Of a stretch of 64,000 nt of DNA, positions 29,702 through 44,417 are shown piece by piece. The stretch comes from the human T2T-CHM13v2.0 reference genome, Homo sapiens. The translations under genes were made by a program, and so were the position numbers. The notes under the pieces were generated by a model. The model saw only the letters and a program-made list of their open reading frames with translations, ran no database searches and was not told the DNA's origin. Position 1 is the stretch's first letter, and every line of letters begins with the position of its first letter. Location of the stretch: the NCBI RefSeq assembly GCF_009914755.1, contig NC_060937.1. One strand, 5' to 3'.

Positions 29702-30051
29702 TGTATTAGTCTTTTCAAGCTTCTGTAAGAAAATGCCTTAGACTAGATAATTTATAAGCAACAAAAATTTATTGCTCACAGTTATGAAGGTTGGAAAGTC
29801 CAAGTTCAAGGTGACAGCAGATCCAGCAGTAAATGAGGGTCTACCCTCCATTTTAAAGATGGTGCCTCATTGCTGTGTCCTCTCATGGTGGAAGCAACAA
29901 ACAAGCTCTCTCCAACATCTTTTATAAGGACACTGATTCCATTACCTTATCCCTTATCCCTCCCACATCCCTTATCTCCCAGTATGATGGAACTGGAGAT
30001 TAAGTTTCAGTACCTGTATTTTTAGAAGGCACAACCATTTAGATCATAGCA
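29702..30051 (-). mobile_element. MLT1A-like MaLR solo LTR
   Basis: tgtattagtc...agatcatagca; aaatttattgctcacagtt; TSD gaaca/taaca. Confidence 0.85.
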
Positions 30052-30279
30052 TAACATGTAAAAAATATTCACACTATATTTTACAGTGAAAACACTCATA
30101 TGCACACATGAACAAAGTAACTACATGATTTTGCTAATATTTTCATGAGAAGATCAATTGTGAAAAGTTGTAGATATACCATTTCAGAGTCAATATCTTC
30201 ACTTTTTTTATTTACAAACACTATAGAATACATTTAATAAATAGAACACAGTTTCTAGACCTAAGAAGTCCAAAAGTGG

Positions 30280-33200
30280 GAGTGAAGTTGGGAACAAGTG
30301 GTGGGGGCAAACCTGGAACATCCTTTCCTCCACCACTACACTGATTCAGCAATGAACACAGAAATGTTTTCCTAAGAAATCCTGAAGATAATTGAAAGGC
30401 TCTTTCCCCAGCTGAACAGGACCAGATTTATCAAAGCCAGTGGGGAGACTACGAACACCCTTTCACTGGAATCACTGTCCCAAGCATAGAATCATAAAAT
30501 TGGAAAGACATCCCCTCATTCCCAGCTTCTCTCAGGGGAGGGAAAGAGTTGGTCCATACATCCAATGCCATAGATTCTTGCAGGAAGCTTCCTGGAGGAC
30601 TGGCTTTTGTTTTGTGAGGCTTGGAATGCTGATGAGACCAGCACAGTCAAGCCACATTGAAGAAAAAATAGATGGTGGCTTGTGCTGGCAGTCACCATAG
30701 CTCTTCCTCCCAGCTCAGCACAGAGTAAATGGAAGAATATTCCTAGCTTCCAGCTTCTCCCCTGGGGAGGAGAGTAGGTCCATGTGTCCAATGCCCCAGC
30801 TCCTCCAGAGGGACCCAAAGAACTGGCTTATATCCTGCCTATCAAAGAGTACTGATGAATCTGGCATTAACTAGCTGCCTGGGGTAGAACAGAAATGAGG
30901 TGTGAGCTATCATTCACCACAACTTCTCCCCCTAGGATCAGCACAAAGAGAATAAAAAAAAAACCCAGCTCTCAGCTTCTCTCTGGGCAAGTGAAGAGTT
31001 GAATGGTGCATCCAATGATCCAAAATTTCTGGTAGCTGCCTAAGGAACTTGCTTTTATCTTACTATCCCATTGTACAGATAGGACCTAGCTTACCCTGTA
31101 CACCTAGGGCCTGCAAAGAACAACGAAATGGGATTGGAGTAGGACAGAGATTTGAGAGGCCCTCAGAATCTCTGGCTGGGCTGATTGATAGGAGTCTTCA
31201 CCTATACAAGACCAGTCCATCAAGATTGGGATATGTGGCTTCTTTGTCTAATGTAGAGACACCAACACAAAAAATCAATGAAGATGAAGAAATAGGCTAA
31301 TATGCTTCGACTAAAAAAGCAAGGTAAATCTCCTGACACCAACCCCAATGAAATGGAGATGTACAATTTACCTGGCAAAGAATTCAAATTAACAGTAATA
31401 AAGACGCTCAGTGATGTCAGGAAAACAATACATGAACAAATTCAGAATTTCAACAAAGAGATAGAAAACATTTTTTTTAAAGGAACAAGCAGGGCCAGTG
31501 TGGTGGCTCAGACATGCAATACCATTGCTTTGGAAGACCACAGTAGGCTGGTCACTTGAGGCCAGACCAGCATTGCCAACATCGAGTTCAAGATCAGCCT
31601 GGCTATAATAGTGAAACCCAGTATCTACTAAAAATACAAAAATTACCTGGGCTTGGTGGTGCACATCTGTGATTCCATGTACTCAGGAGGCTGAGGCAGG
31701 AGAATTGCTTGAAACCAGGAGGCAAAGCTCACAGTGAACTGAGATCTTGTCACTGAATTTCAGCCTGGGTACCAGAGTGATACTCTGTCTCCAAACAATA
31801 ATAATAATAATAATAAACAAATAAAGGAGCAAACAAATAATAGAGGTGAAGAATACAATAAATGAACTACAAAAATCACCTGAAAGATTCAAGAGCAGAT
31901 TATATCAAGCAAATAAAGGATCAGTGAACACAAAGCTAGGTCATTTGAAATTATTCGGTCAAAAGAGCAACAGGTAAAAAAAAAATTAAAAAGAAGAAAA
32001 CTTAAGTAACTTATGGGGCATGATCAAGTTAACATTATAGGATTTTCAGGAGAAGGAAGCAAGAAAGAAACAGACAGATAATTTAAATAAATAATGACTG
32101 AAAACTTCCCAAATCTGGAGAAGAAAATAGACATCTAGACCTAAAAATTGCAAAATCAAATGAACCCAAATAAATGCACATAAAGATACATTATAATCAA
32201 ATTGTCAAAAGTCAAAAGATGAATTTTAAAGCAGCAAGAAAGAAATGATTTGTCATGCACCAAGTAATCTCTGTAAGACTATCAACAGATTTCTCAGAAA
32301 GAATATTTCACACTAGAAAGGAATAGATTATGTATTTGAAGTGCTGACAGAAAACGTAAAACTGCTAATCAATAATACTATATCAGGCAAAACTGTCTTT
32401 TGAAAATGAAGGAGAGAAAAAGTATTTGCCAGACAAACAAAAGTGAAGAAAGTTGATTATCACTAGACATGCCTTACAAGAAATACTAAAGGGATTTTTT
32501 CATGTTAAAATGAAAGGATGATATACGGCAAGGTGGTAGCATAAAATATTTTCTATATATTTACTTTTTAAATGAGTATCGTATTTCTTACTAATATTCA
32601 TTAGTAAAGACAAATGTATAGGTTCTGTATATAGAATAATATAATGGTAAATTACTTTTAATCATTGTACAAAAGTTAAAAGACAAATTTTTTTAAAACT
32701 TTAACAATAAATATGATACTACATATACAAAATAAATAGATGGAAACTACAAAAATAGTGTAAAGTAGGGTGAGGAAGATAAGTAAGACTGTCTTCGGTA
32801 TGTGATGAATCTTAAGTTGTTATCAGCTTAAAATAGGCTTTTATAAATATATTTTGAGTTTCATGATAACGAGAAATAAAATATGTATAGAAGATATACA
32901 AAATAAAAAAGAAAGACATCAAAGCATATCAGTATAAAACATCAGCCAATACAAAGGAAAACAGCAAGAAAGGAAAAGATGGCCAACTACAAGATTAACA
33001 TAAAACTATTAACAAAATGGCAATAGTAAATCTTTCCTTATCAATAGTTACTTTAAATGTGAAGAGATTAAACTCCTCAATCGAAAGACAAAAAATAATG
33101 TCAGAATGAGAATATAAAAGAAAAAAAAACAACTATGTAATGTTGTCTACAAAAAAATCCTCTTAGGTTTAAAGATACTCATAGACTGAAAGCAAAGGGA

Positions 33201-33482
33201 TTAAAAAAGACAGTCCATGCAAATGGTAACTAAAAAAAAGAGCAGAAGTGGCTATTACTGTATCAGACAAAATAGACTTTAAGTAAAAAGCTGTCACAAA
33301 AGACAAATAAGGAAGTATATAATGAAAAAAGGGCTGATTCACCAGGAACATGTAACAATTAAAAAATATATTTGGACCCAACATTATAACACCTAAGAAT
33401 ATAATACAAACATTGGCAGAACTAAAGGAAGAAATAAACAACAATATAATAGGAGACTCAAACACCACTTTCAACAGTGAAG
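30280..33482 (+). mobile_element. Old L1M 5' half: 5'UTR with tandem monomers, ORF1 and ORF2 endonuclease start; 3' part absent
   Basis: ORF1-like LPGKEFKLTVIKTL (ORF 31302-31559); ORF2 start MAIVNLSLSIVTLNV at 33017; ends just after GDxN motif near 33450. Confidence 0.85.
31493..31821 (+). mobile_element. Old Alu inserted in L1 ORF1
   Basis: Diverged dimer, (aat)n tail, TSD taaaggaacaagca / taaaggagcaaaca. Confidence 0.88.
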
Positions 33483-34115
33483 AAAAACATTCTATTAAAC
33501 ACATGTACACCTACTCAGTGCACATCACACACATATTTGTTATTTAGTTTTATCCGGAAATGAGCTTAAAAGGAAATACCAAAAACAATATACCAATTAT
33601 TGGGAGGTAAAAAGATAAAAAGCTATTGACATTTCTTTTTCCTTCTAGTTTTTTCCTTGACAAGAATGAAAAACTTCATTACCACCCTCATTAAATCATT
33701 AATGCACATTAAATTCCTGAAATGCACCAGCTTCTATGGAAAGCTTCTAACAACTTCTCCAAATGGAACTGGAGCACTGATCTTGTACATGACCAAGAGT
33801 TCTCTTTTGGGCCTATTTCTTCAATGTTAGCTCAGTCTCAGGTTGTAGGCTTATGAATATTATTTCAGTCTTCAATTTTAAAGATATGAAAGCTAAATAA
33901 GAGAAAATGTGCCTGTATTGCTTACCCATGTCTCTAAATCATTCATCCATGTTACAGGAAGCATAACAAGTTAACTAACTGTGCCAACATTTGCCACCTG
34001 ATTTCACTTTCAGGATAAGTTTTCCTACTTCTTGTAAAACATGTCATATCACCATATCAGCTTATTCAAAGACATCTGTGAAGGGACTATACCATGTACT
34101 ATGTTCTCTTTTTAA

Positions 34116-34425
<310 letters not shown>

Positions 34426-35943
34426 TAAAATCTTTCAATTATGGTTTTCTTTAGTGTCTCGTATAGCTAGAATATACTTGGCATTTTACAAACATTAGTT
34501 GTTCATTGCTCTCTTCTGACCAAATCAAAAAAATTATAGGGAATTGTAAAATAAATTTTGAGAAGTAAATTTATGTCAAGTAATCTATAAAACTGAGAAC
34601 CAAAACTATTCAGACTTGATGCTATAGCAGGAAAAAGTCATCTTAGCATTTCTAAATACAGCATGCAAATAGGTATTATAAAGCCGCATATACAAAATCT
34701 TCTAGAAGTCAGTAAATTGGCAATGATATTGTTGAAGTCAATCAAGTGTGGATTAATGAGTGCCAGGTCTTGGTTGATGGAAATAAAAATAAAAGAGAAT
34801 GTTTTACTCTGAGAGCCCTTTGGAAGTAAAAATAAATAGAAGTAATTGAATAACCTGTTAGAGTTAAAGATAACATCAACATTTTGAAGCCAGGAGCAAG
34901 AAGGAGATGAGTAATGTCAACACCAGAAATTGGAAAAGTAGTAAATTTTGAGAGCATCCTATAAAATTACTGTTAAAATTTCTGAGGTTGTGATGAAACA
35001 TTCGAATAAAAATCTCCTAAAGATAGTTGTATGCATATAAGTGAATTAGACTTGGATGTTACAGATGTCGTGATTAAAATTATATGAAATATGGGGCACT
35101 AATTTATAATGGGAAATCTGAAATTCAGCTTCCTACGTTACCCAAAGTTAGAAAGCTTTTCACTGAAAAAGAGAGGGGAAAAAAAGAAGATTGGGGGAAC
35201 CAATGATCTGTAAGAAGATAAAAGCAGAGCCAAGAGAGAAGACAATGAGAGAGTTTAAGGCAAAAAAAAAAAAAAAAAAAAGAAAGAAAAAAGGAAGAAG
35301 ATTCACCATCTAAATTCCATAACGGGGGAAGAAATAGAAGAATTAAAGGAATTATGGAGGATCCCTAATCAAAGGAGTTGTCTTTTAAAGAACAGTCATA
35401 ACATCAAGGGCAGAATCCCCAGGTGTTAAAAGGAATCAGGAGAAAGAAAATAGACACAATTGCATAAAATGATTTCATAAAAAGTGATTGATGGTTAAAT
35501 AGAAAAACAATATTTCAGAGAAAATAGCAGGATCAAATGTGTGCATTTTCTATGTTGCTTTCCACTTGGAATTCTTGAGGGTCTTATGAGTTGGGGAAAG
35601 CATATAATTATAGTTGTCATTAATTTCTCTATTTATAAAAGGTGGTTAAAATACCAGGATTCTCTACCTCATAGAATAATGGGAGAACATGATTATATAA
35701 ATAAATGATAGAGAAAAGCCCTATAAAATATATAAAATGTTATATCCATGACTATCCACATTATTAATAACTAGTTACAATATAATTACCTCTTTTATTT
35801 TGGGGGATAAAATACAGCATTACTGCATTGCTCTCTTCATTAAGCATCATTAAAATGTAATAGAAAATGGAACCCAGATTGCTCTGGTGGACGTGTTCTT
35901 TGCTTGTGCAGTGTCTCTTTAAGGACCAGAGGCTCTGTAGCTA

Positions 35944-36319
35944 CAGTCATGAGCTGCGTAATAACTGCTGTCAATGACAGACCACATTTATGACAGTGGT
36001 TTCATAAGCTTTTAATACTGTATTTTTACTGTATCTTTTCTATGTTTAGATATGTTTATACAAACAAATACCATTGTGTTCCAATTGCCTGCAATATTCA
36101 GAACAGTCACATGGTGTACAGGTTTGTAGCCTAGGAGCAATAGGCTGTACCTTGTAGCCCAGACATACAGTAGGCCATCTCATCTAGGTTTGTGTAACTA
36201 TATGATATTGGCACAATGAAATAACCTAATGGCACAATGAAATAACCTAATGGCACAATGAAATAACCTAATGACACATTGCTCAGAACAGATATCCATC
36301 ATTAAGTGAGACATGACTT
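35944..36319 (+). mobile_element. Tigger3a (MER7A) MITE
   Basis: ta-cagtcatg...catgact TIRs; caggtttgtagcctaggagcaataggct core. Confidence 0.88.
36209..36271. repeat. Perfect 3 x 21-bp tandem repeat
   Basis: tggcacaatgaaataacctaa at 36209, 36230, 36251. Confidence 0.95.
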
Positions 36320-36329
36320 TGTCTCCATC

Positions 36330-37015
36330 CTAAATATCATCAGTTCACACCTGAATTACTCCAAGTCCTCTAACTGATCTCCATGCTTTACTTCTTACTT
36401 CTCAGTCTATCTGAAATTTAGTCTCAACAGAGTGGCCAAAGTGATCCTTTCAAACTATAAGTTGGATTATGTCATTCCTTTGCTCAAAACCTTCCAAAGT
36501 CCTCATATTTCATTCGGAATAAAAGTCAAGACCACAAATGGTTTACAATTTCTGACCTCATCTCCTCACCCTCCAATTTTAACCACACTAGCCTTCCTGC
36601 ACCTTCTCTAAAATGTCAGAGAGTTTCCTATATTAGCCCTGGCAGGGAATGCCACTCTCCTAGATAAATCTGCATGATAAGCCCCACATTCCACGTAAGG
36701 CTTGCTCTAGTATCACCTTCTCAGTGAGTACTACCCTAAGAACCATACTTAAAGTAGCAACCCCCAATACCCTAAATCTCAGCACTCCCAATCTCTTTTA
36801 TTTTATTATACTCTATCATTTTTGGCTAAGTATGCATCACCTTCTAAAATATTATATAATGTACTTACTTATATGCTTATTATTCATACTTACTTTGTTT
36901 CTTTAGAATATAAGCTCCTTGAGAACAGAAATTTTTCTCTCCTTGTTGCTAATGTGTCTGTAGCAGAGTATTCTGGCTCATTGTTGGTATTCACTAAATA
37001 TTGGTTCTTTGAACT
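36330..37015 (+). mobile_element. L2 (L2a-like) 3' portion
   Basis: gattatgtcattcctttgctcaaaaccttcca; tagaatataagctccttgagaacag; tattcactaaatattgg. Confidence 0.8.
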
Positions 37016-39329
37016 GCTGGTGGAATATTTCCTACCAACTGCTTCTACCACTTTCCAGTGGTGAAAGTAGGGGAGAGAACTGGGTTCTCTTAAGAAAAGA
37101 GGACAGGAATTTATTACTCTTTAATTAATAATTCATGTGGTGGTATTTGTCATTTTTGTTGTTTTTATTTTTAGCATTCATTTGAACATGAATCATAAAG
37201 ACAAGGTTTGATTCTGAAAGTAGATGTATATTCCAACATTTATAGAAAACCTCCTAGAAAATAAAGACAACCCAAAGATAGGAGTAAACTGAGAAGCTGA
37301 AGGAAAAGAGGAAAATGTAGGTATATAGTAATATATTTTTAATGTCGGAGTATAATTTTTCTGTAGTCCAATTCATCATCTTTTCAAACCACTAATATTA
37401 ACCATTTTTTAACTCTCAACAAATTCATTCAGGTTTCAAGCAATTATATCCCCAAATCTTTTACTAACACTGTGGAAGTTCAATTGCTTTGTTGCTGTGG
37501 TTTTATCATAGCTGCTCTGATAGTTAGTCTTAATGTACTAGACAATTTACTTTGATACATAAATTAGTTACAAAAATCATGTCTAATTGATTCCATACGC
37601 CTGGTAAAATTTAAGATGGCCCTAATAGTTCATTAAAATAGTGTTATATGCTGTTTAGATATTTCAAACTCAAAATTTCTTCTTAATCTGGAACATGTGC
37701 AAACAGGTTTCTGATCTCATTTGCATATGTTTGAAAATCTATCAACTTTTCCTTAGTGTCTTCATTTAGAAAAAAAAAAAACAAACAGCTAACCTTCACT
37801 CATTTTATATCTAAATATGCCCATGACCAACTATTTCCTGTACTATGAAATCTGTGCTTTTTATCTTGACACTTATTCCTTTTAAATTCACATTTTGTTT
37901 GCTCTGAAGTAACATGAACGAATCTTAACTTCCCATTTTCTAAACTGTGCAGGAGCTTCTGAATTCATATTACCCTAAATCTCATGCTTGCCTTCTCATT
38001 TATCTCAGATTTGCTTTTAGCATCCAATCCATTTCATGACCCAGTTTAAAATGCCTATCTCTCTGAAATATGTAGAGAGATCTGCAATCTCAATTAATTT
38101 CACTCCTTACTGACCTGCCCCTTTGTCCTATGTTACAAGTATTTCTTGTAGGAGAACATTTTCCGTCACATCTACTAATTAATATAATTATCTTCTGTTT
38201 TATTAGCATTTGGGGTCCTTGAAACTCAGTACAATTTAGCTTTCAATGTATTTTACCAAAAATTATCCTCTATGCAACTGCGTTTATAGTTTGCTTCATA
38301 AATTAAGAACTCCTTAAAGTACAAATGTCCTGTAATTTACACATTGTTTGTAATATTAACTATTTGTTATTTTACATGTACATTCTATGACAATGTACAC
38401 AATTCACTCTGAAATTCACTGTGTTAACAACAGAGGAGATGTCGGTATTAGCAGAGGTATTGTTTTTACGGCTTACGGATGTGATTTTGTCTTAGCATCT
38501 TTGATAGTTATAACTGCATTAGTCCACATGTCTCTAAATATCTTTGAGAGTTCTAGTTGTATTAGTTCACATATCTCTAAATATCTATTACTTCTTGTCA
38601 TAGCTTTTGAGATGCATTGCTTTTTGTATATTTATTTTTTCATAATATATGTTCTAATTTATGAGATTGCTCTAAAGTAAAAAAGAAAATTAAGTAGTAT
38701 AATTGTAAAATTATTACAAACATATGCATACATATTAATGCACTTTTATTAACTAAACATACTTTTTCTACTAAATGTAAACCCTAAGAGGACCTATTAT
38801 TACTATGAACAGTAATGGATTAGGTATTCAGAGGTGTAGTTTTAATAAGAAAAACAAGACATCCAAGCCTCACCTGATGTCTTACCTGAAGGGATACCAC
38901 TCAATAAGGATAAATGGGTGAGAAAAAGTGTGAGAAGTCCTTATAAGCTAACCTCTGCTACCCTAATCAATACTGTTGGCGAGGGTAAAACATTGTTTTG
39001 AGTCTGGAAGATCCTTTGAATAATTGAATATATAGGTATTATTAAAAAGGAGAAAATTGGGTGTTGAATGTTGAAACTTCATACTCCTTCTACCTTACAC
39101 TCCTACCTCCCTATTCTTTCAAAACTCTAGAAGGTAGACGTAACTCTGAACAGGAGATTGGAGCCCTTTTCTGTGAAAAATTTGGTTTGTCAAGAAGAAA
39201 GACTCAAATATGCTGGAATGAGAAATCATCCAATAATCACCCACGCAGATCAGCCTGTAGTGAATTCCAAGTTCACCATACTTAATCCTAGGTTCAAAAT
39301 TTGAGGTCAAGGTTTTGTTTTTTTTAAAT

Positions 39330-40340
39330 GTTTTTACTCTTACATATAAACTGACAATAAAAAGTTATCAGATATCTAAAGAAATCTTCTAATCTGAATG
39401 ACAAAGAACAAAATAAATAGAAAACAAGCCAATTAGTGGAAACAAATTATGCAGACATTAAAAACTATTTTAATGTCTTCAGAATTGTACAAAAAGATAC
39501 AGCAACCCTGACATCACAATACATAAAATTAGAATTAAAATGAACTCATGGAATTTAAAAGATGATAATAAAAAGAACATGCAATAAAAGTTAATAATAA
39601 AGTTGATGAATTAAAAAAATTGAACACAAAGAAGATTTGAGATAAAGGTAATTAAATTAGAAGATTGCAGTATAAAATCCTCTTCCAAAAAAAGAGTTTA
39701 CAGAGAAAATAGAGTGGAGAAAATTATAAGCAATTTTTTTAGAACCAAAGAATGACCATTTTCAGATTAAAAGATACCACTCTAAGTGATTACCACTTTC
39801 TATGAAAATAAATTCATACCAAGTTACATTCAAAAGCACATGTTTGTGGACTATCAGAGCACTATGAACAATGAGAAGAATCAAAATCTTCTAGAGAAAA
39901 TATAGAAGATTAATATCAGATAAAAGATCAGCTCTCAGAATGGCTTGAAATTTCTCAATAGCATCTCTGGAAGCAACAAAAAAATGCAATGAGGCAATAG
40001 CTAAAAGACTCTGATGGAAAATAATTACCTACCTGAAAATGTTATACTCAGAAAATTAGGTATAACGGTAGAATACAAATATTTTCAGACATTTAAGATC
40101 GCCATACAGTTTTCTCCCAAGGAACAGTTTTAAATATGTTATTGGAAGATGTGTACCTCAAGTAAGACAGTAAACCAAGAAAGAAACATAAATTACATAA
40201 CCTGAAAAATAAAAAATAACAGAAAGATGAGTGAAATTCCCAAGAGGATGATGAATTGAGATACCAGGCTGAGCCTTCACACCAGACATGAAGATCAACC
40301 AGTTTGTACTGGAGAAGTGTGACCAAGAAGATAGTTAATT
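39330..40340 (+). mobile_element. HAL1-like (Half-L1) element
   Basis: Decayed ORF1-like sequence (ctcagaatggcttgaaatttctcaatagcatctctggaagc) followed by gaaattcccaagaggatgatgaa...gatcaaccagtttgtactggag, with no ORF2. Confidence 0.65.
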
Positions 40341-41859
40341 TGAAGACGAAGATGTGCAGTGCTGTTATATCATATTTTTACCCTGAGGACCAAATCACCA
40401 GGACAGCCAGGCCAAGATTCCTGTCTGCACCATGAATTAATAACCTCCCGATCCCTCTCTTTACACGGCTGCCTAGATCACCTGAGGCCATTTATTACTT
40501 CCCCTAGAAATGTCTGCTTTTCCTTCTCCAGAGAGCTGAAGGTGGGCCATCATGAAGTTAGAGGCAAAAGATACAAGGAAACTCATTTTCACTGATCAGA
40601 TCTTTTTATTCATTAAGGGCATTAAAAAAATAGACCAAACTAGAGTCCTGCTGAATGTTCCGACTATGGTAAAGCCTATTATTTTGTTGTTATTTTTTGT
40701 GTGTTTGCTTTTAACAAGAAATATATCCAGCATTTACCATGTGCAAGGCTCTATTATGCATAATTTTGAAAAAAAGAACTTTTCTAAGCTTATACTTTCT
40801 CATCTTTGAAATGAGAATAATTGAGCTCTTAATGCATAGGCTTTTGTTTTATTAGTTATAAATATATATATATATAGCATTATCAGCATACAATGCTATT
40901 ATATATAATTATTATATGAAACTAAGACCTGGTCTTAGTATTTTTCTCCTTGAAACACTTCAAAATCTCCTCTGCAATTACTTCCACCCCACTCCACCAT
41001 ACACAAGCTCCTCATGCAAGAACCTCCATGCTGTGAATTTTGATATTTCTCCCAAGACATCTCCTGCTGCTGGCTGATCATACATGACTCACAGGAAAGC
41101 CTACATCAATTTTTCTGGAATGTCATTACCTTCCCTTCTATCCCCATAAGCAGCAATCATGCCTTGTAAATTCAGGAGAAATGTCCTCATTTACAGACAT
41201 CCCTCTTATGCCCATATGCACTCAAGTTGGGAGAGATACATGCAGGCTTTCTCATATGCCCTTTACATACTCTGATCCTGCACTTAGGGCATCATCTTGT
41301 AGTTACCTGTTTTTGCCATAAAACAGAACTTCTTAAAATCTGAAGGATTGTCTGTTCTTTGTAATTTTCTCTTTTCACTTTTTGGTTGACTTCAACGTAT
41401 ATTTATCCGGTGTCTCCTGTGCACTGGGCCCTTTTCCAATTATTAATATTTTTTAAGTGTTGTATTTGTTGTGAAAAATTTATCCAAGTGTTTTCTTTAA
41501 TACAAACAGTACTTGTCAAAGTCCTTTCTCTGTTTACTATCTAACTGGATGCTGTTCAAATCTTCTTGCAGATCTGGAGCTGAAGGGCAATTGATATATT
41601 CCAGCAAGAAACGCTGTACAATCAATTATTTCTATCTTCCTTTATGTAATACCCAAGTATGTACAAATAAAGTAGATACAACTTTAAATCTCAGAATACT
41701 TGTTTGCTTTTGGTTCTATACCTGAGCATCTGGATTTATTAATGGACTCTAAAAATTTTCAGTGTGTAAGGTACTATTTCATACTCTCAGAATTGCTGTT
41801 TTGAACAGTCTTTTGCCAGAAGCTGCAGACTCTGGATAAATATAGAGCAGAGATTCTTA

Positions 41860-42010
41860 TATATTGATAAATATATGAATAAACTTGGGGTCTTATTAAA
41901 AGGCAGATTCAGAATTCATGTAGGATAGGACCTGAGGTTCTAAGACTCTAACTTACTTCAGTTGATGCTTATGCTTGCTGTATGCAGAAAGGAGCTGAAT
42001 TGGCCAGGGT
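41860..42010. mobile_element. MER5A-like hAT fragment
   Basis: ttattaaaaggcagattc...gacctgag...ctaacttacttcagttgatgcttatgc. Confidence 0.5.
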
Positions 42011-42229
42011 CTAGTGGAGAGATCAGTGGGTTGAGGCACAAGAGTAGTGGAGGTGGTGACGGCGGTGATGGTGACCCAGATACCTCCAAAGGTAAATTTT
42101 TTCCATAGAGCAACAGAACTACAAAATTTTGGTACTAAAATGTGAATTTCTTAGCCAATAGGGAAGCCATTGGTGAAGGGATTCTATATCTCTAAATGTC
42201 TTCAAGCAAACTAAAATATTCTATTCTAT

Positions 42230-42475
42230 AATAATAACCTCACCATCAATTGCTTACTTTTATTGAATACCTGTTTTATACTTACTGAGTAATATGGCAC
42301 ATTATTTTAAGTACATTCTATGTATTTCTGATTTGATGCTATTAATACTCTTATTTTACAAATGAGAAAACTGAGGCATGAAAATGCTAAATAACTTGCC
42401 TTAAAATCAACAAGGTTGACCCTGTGATTTGAACCCAGTGTATCTGACTACTGTGGTGATATTCTTAACAAAGTT
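42230..42475 (-). mobile_element. MIR
   Basis: attttacaaatgagaaaactgaggcatgaaaatgctaaataacttgcc; gatttgaacccag. Confidence 0.8.
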
Positions 42476-43029
42476 CTAGACATTACAGAATTTAGAGTCT
42501 AAATATGAGTAGGACATACGGAACGAAACAAAGGTAGTCTTAATCCAACCCAAAAGGGAAATAATTGTTACAAATTTAACAGATTCTAACCATTGGTTGT
42601 GAATCAATTTTAGGTTCTGTTGTTTTCATTTCTTCCGTTGAAGGTCTTTATCATTTTTTAAATAGGAAGTTCAAGCTGATTATTGCAAAGATGCCAGCCA
42701 TATGGCATTAAATCAGAAGTCTCATGAATTATTTGGAAGCTTCTTTTGATCTCGCTTGTGAAAACAGCAGGATCTCATTTTGTGTCAATCCTCTGAATTT
42801 ATTTTGGAATCTTAACCTATTTAGAACAACTTTTTTTTTGTTTTCTTGGTTTTTAAATGTCAGTTTAAAAGGCTCTAAAATTCTTGATATTTGACACTTG
42901 GCAAAACTGATTTTAGCTTTGGCAAAATAGACACAATTAAAAATGGAAATATCCATTAGATTGTTTGTGAATCATGTTTCCTCAGAAAAGGCAAAATATT
43001 TTATTCTGCATTAATAAAAAAACAGCCCC

Positions 43030-43415
43030 TAACCAGGGAAGTGATGTCCTATTATATCCTCAGCTTAGTGAGGCATTACCTAGAGTGTTATATTCTACTG
43101 GGACCACACACTTTCAAAGGGTCATTTGAAAACTGAAAACTTCCTGAGGTAAGTGTCAGTGATGACAAGAGGATTAGAAACCTGTCATATTAAATGTGTT
43201 TGTAAGCACACACAACCTTTAAATTGAAAATATAAATGGGACAGAATAGCTGTTTATAAATTTTTGAAGTGCAGTCTATTATGTCAAAGAATTAATGACT
43301 TTCCTTGTGGCCTCAGAATAACAGAATAGGAATGAATGCGTGAAAGCTGAAGTTGGTTTGATTTATGACCATTTAAGAAAGATAACCTCTCCCCCAAAAT
43401 TACAGCTGCCAAAGC
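43030..43415 (+). mobile_element. L3/CR1 LINE fragment
   Basis: Translates REVMSYYILSLVRHYLECYILLGPHTFK, resembling the CR1 RT C-terminal motif [28 protein letters not shown]. Confidence 0.7.
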
Positions 43416-43444
43416 ACTCATATATGAATTATTCTGGTGAGCCA

Positions 43445-44230
43445 TCGATTCATTCACTCATCCATGGACCATTTTCTGAAGCCTTCTCTGCAGCAAGCGC
43501 TGTTCCAGCATGAACACAAAAAGCTGCTTTCACTGGGACTTGAATCTAATATAAAGAAGGGAGGGAAAAGTGTAAATGCACCGAAGGAAATAGGTAATAT
43601 GATAATGCCTCGGGAAGAATAGAACTATTGTGAACAGGATGGCCAGGGAAGGCTTGATATATGAGCTGAGAGAAAATATATGAGGAATTACTCATGTGCT
43701 ATGGACTGAATTGTCCCATCCCTCTAAATTCACATGCTGAAGCCTTAATTGCTCATGTGAAGGTGTTTGAAGATGGAAACTTTGGAAACTGATTATGTTT
43801 AGATGAGATCAAAAGAGTGATGGTCCTCCTGATGAGAGCAGTGTCCTTATGAGACACTACTTGCTTATAAGCTTGCTTTCACTCTTCTCTGTGTGAGTAC
43901 ATATCTAGAAGGTGACCGTCTGCAAGCTAGAAGAACTCTCAATAGAATCCAACCTTGCTGGCACCTTGATCTGAGAATTTCAGCCTCCACAACTATGAGA
44001 AATAAATTTCTGTCATTCAAGTCACCCAGCCTATTGTATTTTATTATGGCAGCCCAAGCTGATTAAGACATTATGCAAAGATCCAGTCGATAAATTAACA
44101 AATATAAGCAGAAACCATGAGGTGATAAGCGGCTTAAAATTTCAGTGGAACTAAAAGACTAAGGCTGCATTTTAACGGGTAAGAGAAAGAAAGAGTGATA
44201 TGTGTTGGGATCTCATACAAAGGCAGCTGC
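43445..44230 (-). mobile_element. L2 fragment hosting an MLT1A
   Basis: attcattcactcatcc; caggatggccagggaaggc; continues after the LTR. Confidence 0.55.
43697..44070 (+). mobile_element. MLT1A0-like solo LTR
   Basis: tgctatggactgaa...gctgattaagaca; TSD tcatg/ttatg. Confidence 0.88.
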
Positions 44231-44417
44231 CCTTCTCATACCTTGAACAACTAGGTAAACTCTTAGGAAAATGTCTGCAGTTCACATCCTGTGTGTATCC
44301 AAAACTCCCGTATTAAAATTCTTCTTTGGGAAAATTGTGATGTATGCATTATATAAGCCTAGGTAAATATTTTAGTGTCCACACCAAGGGAAAATATAAA
44401 AGGAAATTTAAGATCCA

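Noticed and set aside
36209-36271. CRISPR-like direct repeats
   Set aside because: No spacers, eukaryotic context, inside Tigger3a
40874-40939. Short palindromes (atagcatt/aatgctat; actaagacc-t-ggtcttagt)
   Set aside because: Short, in AT-rich MIR-adjacent sequence; not clearly beyond chance
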